From Eledone cirrhosa (lineage: Eukaryota): a DNA stretch of 64,000 nt. The notes beneath the pieces are model-generated. The model made no database searches. It was not told the DNA's origin and was given only the letters and a program-made list of their open reading frames with translations. Each line of letters begins with the position of its first letter. Position 1 is the stretch's first letter. Positions 13,717 to 25,520 of this stretch are shown one piece after another. Both the position numbers and the translations under genes were made by a program. The stretch covers positions 271,870,001-271,934,000 of the forward strand of contig OZ024740.1 of the NCBI GenBank assembly GCA_964016885.1, in the 5' to 3' direction.

Positions 13717-13722
<6 letters not shown>
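13619..13722. repeat. ~100-bp palindrome centred on (TA)n
   Basis: Arms differ at about 2 positions. Confidence 0.9.
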
Positions 13723-13748
<26 letters not shown>

Positions 13749-13752
13749 CGTA

Positions 13753-14525
13753 CCGTATTTTTCGGAATATAGGATGCGCTTTTCTTTCCAAAATTTGACC
13801 CTCAAAAGCACTTTATGTCTTATAAGGCAAAGGGCAGGTTTGCCCTATGTAAACATTTTATAATTAAAAAGTAGGAAATATTTAGACTTTTGTTTAAATT
13901 CTTGAAAGTATACCTTTTTGTTTGGGACCAATTTATTGCACATACGGCTGAGAATACAGTAAGGAGGGTAAAGAACTTAAACACTGAAATAGCTGTCATA
14001 CCTGGTGGACTGACTTCTCAATTACAACCCCTTGATGTTTCACTAAACAAGTCTTTTAAGGCACACATGAGAGAGGAATGGGATAATTGGATGAAGGACC
14101 TGAAACATGAACTGACACCAACAGGATGTATGAAGAGGCCTATGTTTTCCCAGGTAACCCAGTGAGTGAAAAGCTCGTGGGGTGGTGTGAAAACGGAGAC
14201 AGTTATAAAAGCTTTAAAAAATGTGGTATCTAAAACACCCTAGATGGCACCAAAGATGATTTTCTGTATAATGATAGCGACACAAGTGATCCTGGAAACA
14301 GTGATGACTTCGAGGAAGGTTATGAATTTCAGGAACTATATGAAGGTGACAGCCAGGAAATCAATGAGGATGACAATAGTCATGATTTTATAAGATTTGA
14401 AAGTGATTAAAATTGTAATAGCGTTAATAGCGTTAATTCCCCTTAATTTTATTTTTCCTGGATACTCATGTTAAATTTAGAATACGTCCTATATTCTGGT
14501 GCCTTTTATATTCCAAAAAATACGG
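13753..14525 (+). mobile_element. Internally deleted pogo/Tigger DNA transposon
   Basis: TA-flanked TIRs CCGTATTTTTCGGAATATA / TATATTCCAAAAAATACGG; transposase remnant WDQFIAH..IPGGLTSQLQPLDVSLNKSFK (DDE_1 type), acidic tail. Confidence 0.88.
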
Positions 14526-14527
14526 TA

Positions 14528-14529
<2 letters not shown>

Positions 14530-14603
<74 letters not shown>
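14530..14603. repeat. (TC)n microsatellite; also (TG)n 24252-24302 and (TA)n 40878-40946, 42139-42181, 47316-47381
   Basis: Direct reading. Confidence 0.95.
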
Positions 14604-14607
<4 letters not shown>

Positions 14608-14798
14608 GTATATTTAGGAAACTTTTGTATACACAAACAAACATACATACCTGCAAGCATAAATCATAACCATAACATGAACTTCTCTAGTTTTTACATA
14701 TTTTCTACCTATTTATATTGAATGCTGTCTTTTGTATCCTTCTTATATTTATTTGTTATCAATTCATTATCTAATTTTATTTCTGGAAACATTTTCAG

Positions 14799-15057
14799 GT
14801 TAATGGTGTTCGTTGGTACCAATGCACATACTGCACGAAGGAATTTAAGAAACCAAGTGATTTGGTGCGGCATATTCGTATTCATACACAAGAGAAACCT
14901 TACAAGTGCAACCAATGTTTTCGCTCCTTTGCAGTGAAGAGTACATTAACTGCACATCTTAAAACTCACACAGGTATCAAGGAATATAAATGTGATTGGT
15001 GTAGTAAGATGTTCTCAACCTTAGGCAGTCTTAAGGTCCATTCTCGTTTACATACAG
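14799..15057 (+). CDS. ZNF236: ZNF236-like exon w6 (3 fingers)
   Basis: [38 protein letters not shown]; ttttcag acceptor, G|GTATG donor. Confidence 0.93.
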
Positions 15058-15149
15058 GTATGTTGATTTTTATTTGGGTTATGTATACTATATCCTCTCT
15101 TTCTCATTCTATATCTCTCTTCACATTTGCACACACACACACACACATG

Positions 15150-16185
15150 CAAGAGAGCATTTGCGGTACAAAGCTAAACTGCATCTTGTCTATGTTAATT
15201 ATATCCTTAATTAGTTGTGCAGTCCCTATTTCTGTAACTTTTTTGACTTGTTCCATCAACTTGATGCTTCTGTAGCTTCTCCTTTCTAGACCATCATTAG
15301 ATATGATGTCCAGTATTATTTGAGTTACTATGCACATGGTTAGCTTGTGTCCCACCTTACCAGATACTTTCAGCATTTCAATAACTATCCTAGAAGGTCC
15401 TGCTGCTTTACCTGTTTTCATATCCTTAATTTCTTTACCACACTGCTGCTAACATGGATGGCTGGTCCCTTTGCAGACCATCTTTCTCCCATGCATTCTC
15501 CTCATTTTACAATCTCTCATAATGGCACTACCATGCTTCTCTCTACTCCGTGTCAGTGAGAACAAGTGCACCACTGTCATTTCGGATGCTCTTCTACTTT
15601 ACACAGTCTTGCAATCCTGATCGCCTAATGCCTTTGGTCCTAACGATGCAGAACATGTTAATTTCTAACTTTTTGCTTCCATCCTTGTTAAGTGTGCTTG
15701 TACCTAGCTTATCTTCTAGCTTCTTGATACCATGTTTCCCTTGTTTTGCCAGTCTTTTGATGCCTGTTTCTTTGTTTTGTTCACCTCATCTACCCTATTA
15801 TTCCACCACCATGTCACTCTACATCACCCTGGGGTTTTGCACCAGCTACTGATCTCATTTGTATGTAGTTTTCAGCATGTTATCTCACAGGAACCTCCAC
15901 TGTTCTTCCTTGCTGTCATGAGCATCAAGTAAGGCATCCCTAAGTTTGTTACCAGTTGATAGCTCTTGCAGTTTCTATGTCCTCCAATTTGTCTTCTCTT
16001 TCCATGTTTGTCTAGTTCTGATTCTATATTTGTTGATCACTAAGTTATGTTGGGTTGTACACTCTGTCCCAGGAAGGGACTTTGTGTGTGCAACCATCAG
16101 TCTGTCTCGGTTTCTGGTGGAATAAAATCATTCTGGCTTGTATACTTATCTGACTTATAGGTGATCAAGTTATTGGTTATTTCTA
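15150..16185 (-). mobile_element. Old internal RTE fragment (APE end to RT start)
   Basis: [37 protein letters not shown], collinear with the intact ORF. Confidence 0.82.
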
Positions 16186-16737
16186 ATATCAATAAATAAA
16201 TAAAACAGCAATTCGGGCAGAGGGTGTTGGGAGAAGAGAAAGAAAACAAAGAGGAACTGAATTTGTTAAGAAGTAATGAAAGTGAATTTAACAGTTTTGT
16301 ATGCTTTTAAGTTGCTAACATGACACTTCCATACTTGTTTCAGTTTCAATACACATCTCAGATCAAATCACTTGCCTTGCTTATTACAACTCCTAAACAT
16401 ATAAATATATTTTTAAAAACTTAACACACATCTAATAAAAGACCGACAAGTTTTAAAAAAGCCAGTACGATGCAGTAGAAAAACATGAAGAGTAAATGAT
16501 GACAAATTAAAGAAATCAAGTTAATGTTTTACCCAATATATTTCAACATGATATTTTTAGTCTATTACCTTCTTTTCCAATGTGGACATATCGTTTGAAA
16601 AAAAGATGTATTAATTAAAAAAATCTAATACCAATTCAATTATTATTGAAATAGTTTTTCTTTTTCAAATAAATGCTTTTATTTTGATATTTTATTGTAT
16701 CTTCTCTTTTTGTTTTTTTGTTTATTTTGTACATCAG

Positions 16738-16938
16738 GTGCCAAACCTTTTGATTGCTCTCAATGTGATAAGAAATTCCGTACACCAGCACATCTCAAGA
16801 GTCACATTAATTCACACTTTCGAGAAAAAGACAACACTTTGCCACGCAAGCCACGACGAACAGTGCGCAAGTCTTCAAAACCAGACATTCCGCTGACAGA
16901 TATCCCTCTACAGGAACCAATTCTAATTACAGATACAG
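16738..16938 (+). CDS. ZNF236: ZNF236-like exon w7 (1 finger + PLQEPILITD)
   Basis: catcag|GT GCC AAA CCT; G|GTAAT donor; 201 nt. Confidence 0.92.
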
Positions 16939-17615
16939 GTAATACTATTAATATTTTCAGGTTTTAACATTATATGTATTACATATTTACCACAAAAACA
17001 CAAAACAAAAACATTTTAATTCAAAAAGTACTCTCATTTGTGAGAGAAAGTTTTAAAATGTGATGGTCTGTTTGTGAAACTTGAACACATGTTACCTATT
17101 GAGGTCCCAGTTTTACAACCATTCTAATATACTATATATACTCGAATATAAGCTGATACGAATACAACCTGATCCTACTATTTTATGTCTGAGAAATGGA
17201 CAAAAATCCAAACCTTATTTACATAGAATTTGAAGTTGGAGAAGATCATCAAAATATTGACCTCGAATATAAGCCGACCTCTCCTTTCTACCATGTGGTT
17301 ACATATTCCTTGGTGTATATATGAGTATACATGGCATGTCCTCAATAGCAATACATTTCCTACCTTAGCATCTTAATATTAGCGTGCAGTCAATTTTGGG
17401 GGTTGTTTTAAATCCTAGCAGATGTGAGGATTTGGTGGGATTTGAACTCCTGCCATTTTGTTAGCACCTCAGTATAAAAACCACTGTATATGTCTTCAAT
17501 AACACCATATCCTATATTAGCATCTTTGTATCAGCATACAATGGATTTTGAAATTGTTTTAAAACCCAGATTTGCTATTTCTGTCCCACATGTGTCTTTT
17601 GATTTAATTTCACTT

Positions 17616-18043
17616 TCATCATCATCATCATTTTACGTCCGCTTTTTCCTGCTTGCAAGGGTGGGACGGGTCCTATTCAGCACAGTATCTCTCCATTTGT
17701 CACAGTCCTTCGTCATCTCCACCGTGAGCTTCAGCGATCTGAGGTCTGCTCTCACCACCTCCGCCCATATTTTTTGCGGTCTTCCTCTACTACGTCTTCC
17801 TTCAATTGGCATTTCCTGGCAGTTCTTCACCCATCGGTCATCCTCCATGCGCATCACATGTCCATACCATCGCAGTCTCCTCTCCTGCACACTACAATCT
17901 ACCCCTCTCAACACATCCATGCTCGGTTGTTCACGCACATTGTGACATGTTTGCCTCATTTCTCTCCAGTCGTCGCATATCCTCTGCAGTTGCTGCCCAT
18001 GTCTCACTACCATGCAGCATCGCGCTCCTCACACAGGCATCAT
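17616..18043 (-). mobile_element. Short RTE family-2 3' fragment
   Basis: Nearly identical to 54264-54720. Confidence 0.9.
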
Positions 18044-18731
18044 ATATTGATAAGATTACAAAATCTCTTTTTTGTTATATAATGGAGAGATTGGTGATAT
18101 CTCATCAAATTTCTTCAGATTTTTAAAAAGTAATCTATTTATAGATTCAAGGTCAACTTTGCCTTTCATCCATTTAAAGTCATTAAAAAAGTACCAGTCT
18201 AATACTGGGGTTCATTCTTCCTCTATATCTCTTTTACACTTCTATTCTCTCTCATTCTGTATCCTTTTCTGGATGTTATCTGCTGTATTCAGATCTGGAG
18301 AGGAGATGGGTTCCACTAGGTTTTAAAATGCTCTAGAAATGCCATATGTCAATATGGCACTCTTACAACTCCCTCAGAAGTTACGGGTTCATACATACAT
18401 TTATAGATTACTTTATTGATCTGTAAGTTTGACATGTAAAATTATTTATTGTTTCTTACCCTACGATTGAATGGTGAATATATATTTACATCTGTTTAAA
18501 TAAACTGAAACGTTAATATAAAGACCACTCCTATAAGAGTGAATAAAAATATTCATAATAATACCCATTATACTATGTTAGTACTTTAGTATGTAATATT
18601 TTCCTTGGTTTTGTTCATTGTCATTATAATTGTATCATCATCATTGTCACCATCATCATTATCACTGCCATCATTATAACTTGCATTGTTACTACTACCC
18701 TCATTATCATAACCACTGTTATCACCTACAT

Positions 18732-20170
18732 CAGAGGTTCTCAAACTTTTTGGGTCACTGCCCACCTCACGGCCATATAATACCCTCAGCGCCCCCCAAC
18801 CCTATTTCCAGAGAGACCTGCCTACACTCAAATTGTAAATAATATATCTCTATATATATAAAACTGATGTTGTCTGTGTGTGTAAATGTGTTCTCATTTT
18901 TGCAAATTCTATACAAATCCACATTTCTACTCCGATTGACTTCAAACTTGCATTTATATATTCCTTGCGGTCTAAAGATATTAACTGCAGCTTTTATTTT
19001 TCAATTTTCTGTTGTTAAAGGGGTGTTAGGCACCGGTTATCCATCTCCCTAGTGCTCTTATAATATCTGTCTGTATGCCTGGCTGTCTGCATTACGACAT
19101 TCTGACGAACATTGATGACGTATTATGTTCGCTATTTTCCGTTCATTGCCAGGAAACGTCTTCACGAACCAAAGTATCGTCTTCCTGTTTTCCTTCGGTT
19201 GCAACGTTTTTCGAAATATTTACTTCTGCGTTCACAGATTGATGTTTTTAGTTTCAGAAGATCCTGTTAAGGATGAAAGCAACGATTCTTTGCTTAAACT
19301 TTAATCTGTTATTTTAATCTATATATGTATATATATAAAACTGGGGAAGTGTGTGTGTGTGTGACCTGAGAAGTACCCAACCGATTCTTTTCAAACTTTG
19401 CATGTGTATTACTTATGTTTCAGGGAGTGTTGTGCTCCAAAAAAAATTTGAACTTTTTGATCCCCTAGGGCCCGCATTAGGTGAAAAATTGAGCAATTCA
19501 GCATTTTAGGAGTTTTTTGAAGCGTTACGTCAGACCGATTTCCTTGAAATTGTAACTATGTATTAGTCAGTCTCTTCTTCACACCGTGAGCAAAGAAAAT
19601 CCAACTTTTTTATGGCCTAGGGCCCGCATTAGGTGAAAAACTTCATTTTTTCATCTTTTTAGGGCTCTTTTGAGGCGTTACGTCTAGCCGATTTTCCCGA
19701 AATTTCAAGGCATATTATGCACATAAAAAAAATTCATTTTCTTGATCCCCTAGGGCCCGCATTAGGTGAAAACCTGCATTTTTCCTGCTTCATCGGGGAA
19801 ATCTTAAAGATTATCCAGCCATCAGAGTATTCAGTTTATTTTCTTTACATATTGTTCAGGCATGCAGTTTTTCCCCGATTAGGTCTGTTGGCGGCTCGCG
19901 TTCCAAAATACCTTATCCCGTGCAACGCCAGTAGTAATAAATAAAATCGTTATTTATATATATAATAAATAATATAATATATACTATGTATAAATATATA
20001 TTATATATTATTTATTTTACTATATTTACATATAATATGTATTATTTGATATTTAATATACTATTATATCATCTCTATCGACCCTCACCCCCTTATTCCC
20101 AGCGACCCTCTGGACCTTCTCAACGCCCCCCTCCCCCGGGTGCGTGTAATGCCTACTTGGAGAACCTCTG
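18732..20170. mobile_element. hAT-type MITE carrying a nested insertion
   Basis: TIR CAGAGGTTCTC(A/C)AA, perfect 8-bp TSD ACCTACAT; uninterrupted relative at 9884-10255. Confidence 0.85.
18849..19935 (+). mobile_element. Non-autonomous Helitron-like insert(s)
   Basis: TCTATATATATAAAACTG..(GT)n starts at ~18849 and ~19318, CCGATT motifs, 3' CCCGTGCAACGCC..TAGT; three internal CCTAGGGCCCGCATTAGGTGAAAA repeats. Confidence 0.6.
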
Positions 20171-20399
20171 ACCTACATCATTATCATCTATATATCGTTA
20201 TCACAGCCATCATTCTTATCTTCATAGGTCTAGTGTTATCATATCCATTGTTATCATCATAAATATTATCATCTCTATCATTATTACCATCATCCCTACA
20301 ACATGCCTATCTTATCATCATCATCTTCGTTTAACATCCATCTTCCATGCTAGCATGGGTTAGACTATCACTTCTATTATTATCTTCATCTCTACTTTT

Positions 20400-20940
20400 T
20401 TTTATTATTGTCATAACCATTATATATCAACACTATTGTCACCATAACCATTATCATCTCCACTATTGTCACAACCACTATTGTCATCACAACCATTTCA
20501 CACATGTGTATATCATGACTCATGCTCTGTTCATTTTTCTGACATTTGTACATTACCCTATGTACTATACATACACTTTTGATGAGTTGTAGTGCACCTG
20601 AGCACTGTACACAATATTTTCATTATTATTTTTATTATTATTATTTATTACCATTACAACCATTGTCACCACAACCATTATCATCACTATTATCATCACC
20701 ACCACTATTGTTGTCTCCACTATTATCATCACAACCATTGTCATCATCCCTATTGTTATCACAACCATTGCTATCACCACTATTGTCATGACAACCATTG
20801 TCATTATAACCATTATCATCACCACTATTGTCACGACAACCATTATCATCACCACTATTGTCATCACATGTATCATCATCATCACCATTGTCATCATCAC
20901 CATTGTCATCACAACCATTGTCATCACAACCATTGTCATC
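20400..20940. repeat. Degenerate (CAT/CAC/TAT)n low-complexity tract with 15-18-bp subunits
   Basis: ACCATTGTCATCACA iterations; source of spurious His/Asp-rich ORFs. Confidence 0.85.
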
Positions 20941-21109
20941 GCAACTAACAATCTTAGATGCCAACCACAGCATGCTACCTGAGTCACAGTGTAGCTTTTG
21001 CCCAGGAAGAGGTACTCCAGACATGATTATCTTCTTTCACTAGCTCTGAGAGAAATGTCAAGAGCAAAACATTCTATTATACCTCATGTTCATTGATCTG
21101 CATTAAACA

Positions 21110-21790
21110 TTTGACATTGTAAATTGTCTTATGTTGTGGAATGTTATGATAAAGATGGGAAAATGAAGAAAACTGGTGGGGTTGACCACACCACTACATG
21201 ACAATGCACAGAGCTTGTATAACCAAATTCTGAGTAACCGGTTTGAAATGAACACTGGAGTAAAACATGACTGTGTCCTTGTGTTCACCTTCTTTGCAGT
21301 CTATCTTAGTTCCATTCTTGATGAAGCTTTCAAAAACACCCAAGAAGGTGTGGACCTTATTTATCTATCACACAGATGGAAAATTACTGAATACCAGATG
21401 ACTGAAGGCTCTGGTGAAAGTCAGCAAATTATCAGTGTGAAAATTACTGTGTGACTAAGTGTACAAGACTTCCTCTGGACATCATTCCAGTCTTTCACAG
21501 TCCTTCACAGAATATCAAATGAGAAATCCCCTGGCAAGCAAATTGCATCAACATAGAAACTATATGGAAGATTCCCCAAGATTTTGCTTCTGATATCATC
21601 TGCTGGCATTTGATCACTCGTGCTGGAGTAGAGGCTCTCCAAACAACCTGGCTGCCATCTAAATAGGCCTGCACTGCCAAAATAAAGACCAGCGTTGCAC
21701 AATAGCAAACCTTAACATCTGTATAAGTATACTGCAACAGCAGTAGATCCTATATTGGTCTTCACAGACACATGTGCACCCATTTGTGAT
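21110..21790 (+). mobile_element. Heavily decayed RTE-like RT fragments
   Basis: SNRFEMNTGVKHDCVL..FFAVYL resembles the RT GVKQG region. Confidence 0.5.
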
Positions 21791-22232
21791 CAACTATGAC
21801 AGACGGCTAAGGCAAAAAAGTGGTGCAAAATTTGTGCCCCTGAAAATTTATCAACTCCCTAAGTGTTTTCAATGACAGATTTTATGGGGAAAGTCGATCA
21901 CTAATAAATAATAGTTAATGTTTGTATCCACTGTTGCTGAGTTCAAATTCTGCCGAGGTCAATTTTGCCTTTCATCCATTCGAGGTCGATAAAAAAAGTA
22001 CCAGGGTCAATTTTTCCTCTATATCTCTCTCTCCTACTTCCATTTTCACTTTTTCTATTCTTCTCTGGTAGAAATCTGCTATATTCAAACCAGGAGAGGA
22101 TTGGGCTCCGCCAGGTATTAAAAAAGTACCCTAGAAACACTATATATCAATATGTCACCCTCAGGAGTTACAGCACCACACATGCATCCACTGTTAATCA
22201 ACTGTTAAGTAATCTATTCTATTCTTCAACAG

Positions 22233-22379
22233 GTCTCATCCAACAGCCACCCAGAAGTAATCTTTTCAACAACTACCTCACTGACATGAACAGTGGTGAC
22301 CGTCCATATAAGTGCACATACTGTTCAAGAGGTTTTAAGAAATCAAGCCATCTCAAGCAACATGTCAGATCTCATACAG
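22233..22379 (+). CDS. ZNF236: ZNF236-like exon w8 (1 finger KKSSHLKQH)
   Basis: caacag|GT CTC ATC; G|GTCAG donor; 147 nt. Confidence 0.92.
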
Positions 22380-22579
22380 GTCAGTCTTCTTCCTCTTCTC
22401 ATTTTTGTCTATTCTTTGTGCATATGTATGTGTGTGCATGTATGTATGTATGTGTGTGTGTGTGTGTGTGTGCGTTTTCTACTTTACTTTTGAGTTGTAG
22501 CATTATTTATCTGTGTTGACTGCCAGGTTGCCCAAATAATTAGTTTCAATACATGTATCCAGCACTATACGTCAATGCA

Positions 22580-22925
22580 GAAGGCCCATGGCTTAGTGGC
22601 TAGAGTGTTGGGCTTACAATCATGAGGTTGTGAGTTTGATTCCCTGACTAGGCGGTGTGTTGTGTCCTTGAGCAAGACACTTTATTTCACGGTACTCCAG
22701 TTTACTCAGTTGTAGAAATGAGTTGCATTGTTTCTGGTGCCAAGCTGTATTGACCTTTGCCTTTCCCTTGGACAACATTGGTGGCATGGATAGTGGAGAC
22801 TGGGATGCATAGGCAACTGTTGGTCTCCACAAACAACCTTGTCTGGACTTGTGCTTCAGAAGGGAACTTTCTAGGTGCAAATACCATGGTCATACGTGAC
22901 CAAAGGGGTCTTTACCCTTAGCCTT
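22580..22925 (+). mobile_element. tRNA-CORE SINE with a different tail (ends CTTTACCCTT)
   Basis: A/B boxes + CORE-like segment, unrelated 3' body. Confidence 0.75.
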
Positions 22926-23408
22926 TATGTCAATGCTTGCTGCAGTCTTTCACTTGAGGAAATGTTTTGGTCCTAACTGTTGTCATGATGTTCTTCCACT
23001 CAGCATCTAGTATGAATCACCATTGACTTAACTCTAGTTCTTCTCCTGATGTCACATGTCCACCATGCTGCTATCCCATGGTTGGATTTTTTTGTCATTG
23101 CAGTTTTCTCCTCTAGTGATCAAGGATTTGCCTGGCTCCTACCCTTTTGTCTATCTAGCATAGTTAGACTTAGCTGGAGTTCGACTTCTGCCAGTATAGT
23201 CTCCAGATCAAAAGGGCACTCAAGCCACTTCACCACAACAAAGTATCTAATCATATATGTACAAACATAGTTACACACTATTCTATAACTTGACTCTTTC
23301 TCCCTGTGATAGGTTTTGTTTTTCATCCCACAGGATGTTCAAAAATTACCTTCCTCACCAAGCAAGCTTGGTGGGGTTGCTAGTTTCGTCAAATAGTCAT
23401 GTAGATTA

Positions 23409-23607
23409 TGAGGGTCGGCTGAAATATTTCATAGGCTGACCAAGATACACTCATGGAATGACCAAACGAGGTTTATTTTTCAACATAGTCTCTGGAAAGA
23501 AACAATGCAGTTATTATTAAGAGGAATTGAAATTAATGTATGCAAGATTCCCCATCTCTAGCATCAATCCTTCATAGCCAGCCTATGAACTTTTCAGCTG
23601 ACCCTCA
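23409..23607. mobile_element. mariner-type MITE (~200 bp); copies ~6870-7055, ~11981-12178, ~24426-24608, ~50213-50632 (interrupted by an RTE tail), ~52480-52693
   Basis: TA flanks, TIR GAGGGTCGGCTGAAAAGTTCATAGGCTGAC. Confidence 0.82.
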
Positions 23608-24250
23608 TAATACAGATATTTAATATTTAACTCATTTGTTTTACCAATATGTGAAATGTATAAATATTTCATCTTATAGACAACAAACAAATATTGTTGC
23701 CCTTTTTGAAGCACATCCCATATCCTCCTATATCACTAGGTGAAGATGAATGCTTGGTATCTGAACTGTTGTCAGCCACTTACAGCATCCTATTGTCTGG
23801 ACAAACGAAGTTAGTGGAATGTTCACCTCACAATCTATGGCTGATTAGTGAAGGACTTGAATGCTGCTAAATTAGAAAATAACTTGAAGAAGAAACATTG
23901 CACATATTTTTTTGGAACTGATTAAACTCAAAGTCTAAAGTCTGTCTTGAACCCCGAGGCTCATCAGGCCTTATCCAGGTTTCTGTGGCATGAAGCAACT
24001 GAGAGTGTAGACTGTCCATCACAGAGTTAAACCCCCAGCTATTGCTGGTACTCATTTTCAGCTGAGTATACCACTAGGCCATGTGCCTCCACTAAGGTTT
24101 ATGGATACTACTCAAAATCCTCAACATGACAATGCTACTTAGTGATATTGTTAGTTTAAGGAAAGATATAAAGGCATGAAAATGTTTGTCAGTTGGACTT
24201 GACTGAGATGAAGATATTCAGACATGTAGCCAGATCTATTCATTACTTTC

Positions 24251-24304
<54 letters not shown>

Positions 24305-25444
24305 CTTTTATTGTTTTGATTTCAGTTTGGAATTGTTACATAAACTTATTTTATTGTTTTTAATTGTATTTAATTGCTATTGGTATTATTAGTTGTGAAT
24401 AGCAGAATTAGTATAGCTCAGAATATGAGAGTCAACTGAAAAGTTCACAGGCTGACCACGATACTCTCATGGAATGACCAAATGAGGTTTATTTTTTCTA
24501 CATATTCCTTGGAAAGAAATTATGCAGTTATTAATAAGAGTAGTTGAAATTAATGTATGCAAGATTTCACAGCTCTAGCCTCACTCCTTCATAGTCAGCC
24601 AACCCTCATAAATATGCCATTATCTTTATTTTACGTATATTTTCTATGACATGGATTTAACAGGTCGTCATAGCCTGGAACTAGACAGGCTGGAGAACCA
24701 TGTCTTACTTATATGTTCCATATTTAGCTTGGTTTCTACAATTGGATGCCCTTTCCTAATGCCAACCAGTTTACAAAGTATACTGGATGCATTTTATTGT
24801 GGCACAAGCATTACCACTTTACAGAGTGTATTGGGTGCATTTTATTGTTGAGAGGTTGTCATGTACTTGGGAAGACTGAACAGTCCCCTCTTCTCTATGT
24901 TGTCTTCATTTGATTGTCAACCATTTTACAGAGTGTATTGGGTACATTTTTACTGTGGTACGAACACAAGTTTTTGACAGGGCCAGAGTTTTTTTCTATG
25001 CTACCTTGTCTCAGTTTATTTGTCCACCACTTTACAGAAGGTACTGTGTGTGTTTCAATGGAACAATGACTCAAGATAGATTCTCTTATTCACTGCAGGC
25101 TAAAAGGTACCTCTCCACTCCATGTAGTTTCTGATCTCTCACTATATGCACTTTTACTGTCACAGTGCTAGTGCTGGTCGGTGGATATTTTCTCTGATGG
25201 CAAGTTGCCATGCCAGTCATCTCGATACTCTGTCATCTCTTTCATGAGGTTCAGTTTGAGATATTTAGTTGCAGCTCTTTATATTTTGAGTTCACTTTGG
25301 TTTTCATCCTTACGTGGTCGATAAAATAAAGTACCAGTCACGCACTGGGGTCGATTTAATCGACTTTGCCCTCCCCCAAAATTGCTGCCCTTCTGCCTAT
25401 ATAAGAAACAATTATTATTATTATTATCATCATCAGCATCATCA

Positions 25445-25520
25445 AAGGACGATGGATTGGCAGTATCGGTAGAGGGTCGGACGCCATGCTTTGCAGCAAA
25501 GAGTTACAGCCCTTTATGAT
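25445..25520 (+). mobile_element. 5' half of a SINE split by the RTE LINE (3' half at 31705-31830)
   Basis: GATGGATTGGCAGTATCGGTAGAGGGTCGGACG..ATGCTTTGC..CAGCCCTTTAT aligns with the heads of copies at 32797 and 25262; it continues as TTGAGTTCAAATCCCGCCGAGG at 31705. Confidence 0.72.

Noticed and set aside
20347-21043. His/Cys-rich and Asp/Asn-rich ORFs
   Set aside because: Low-complexity (CAT)n-derived tract with no splice support.
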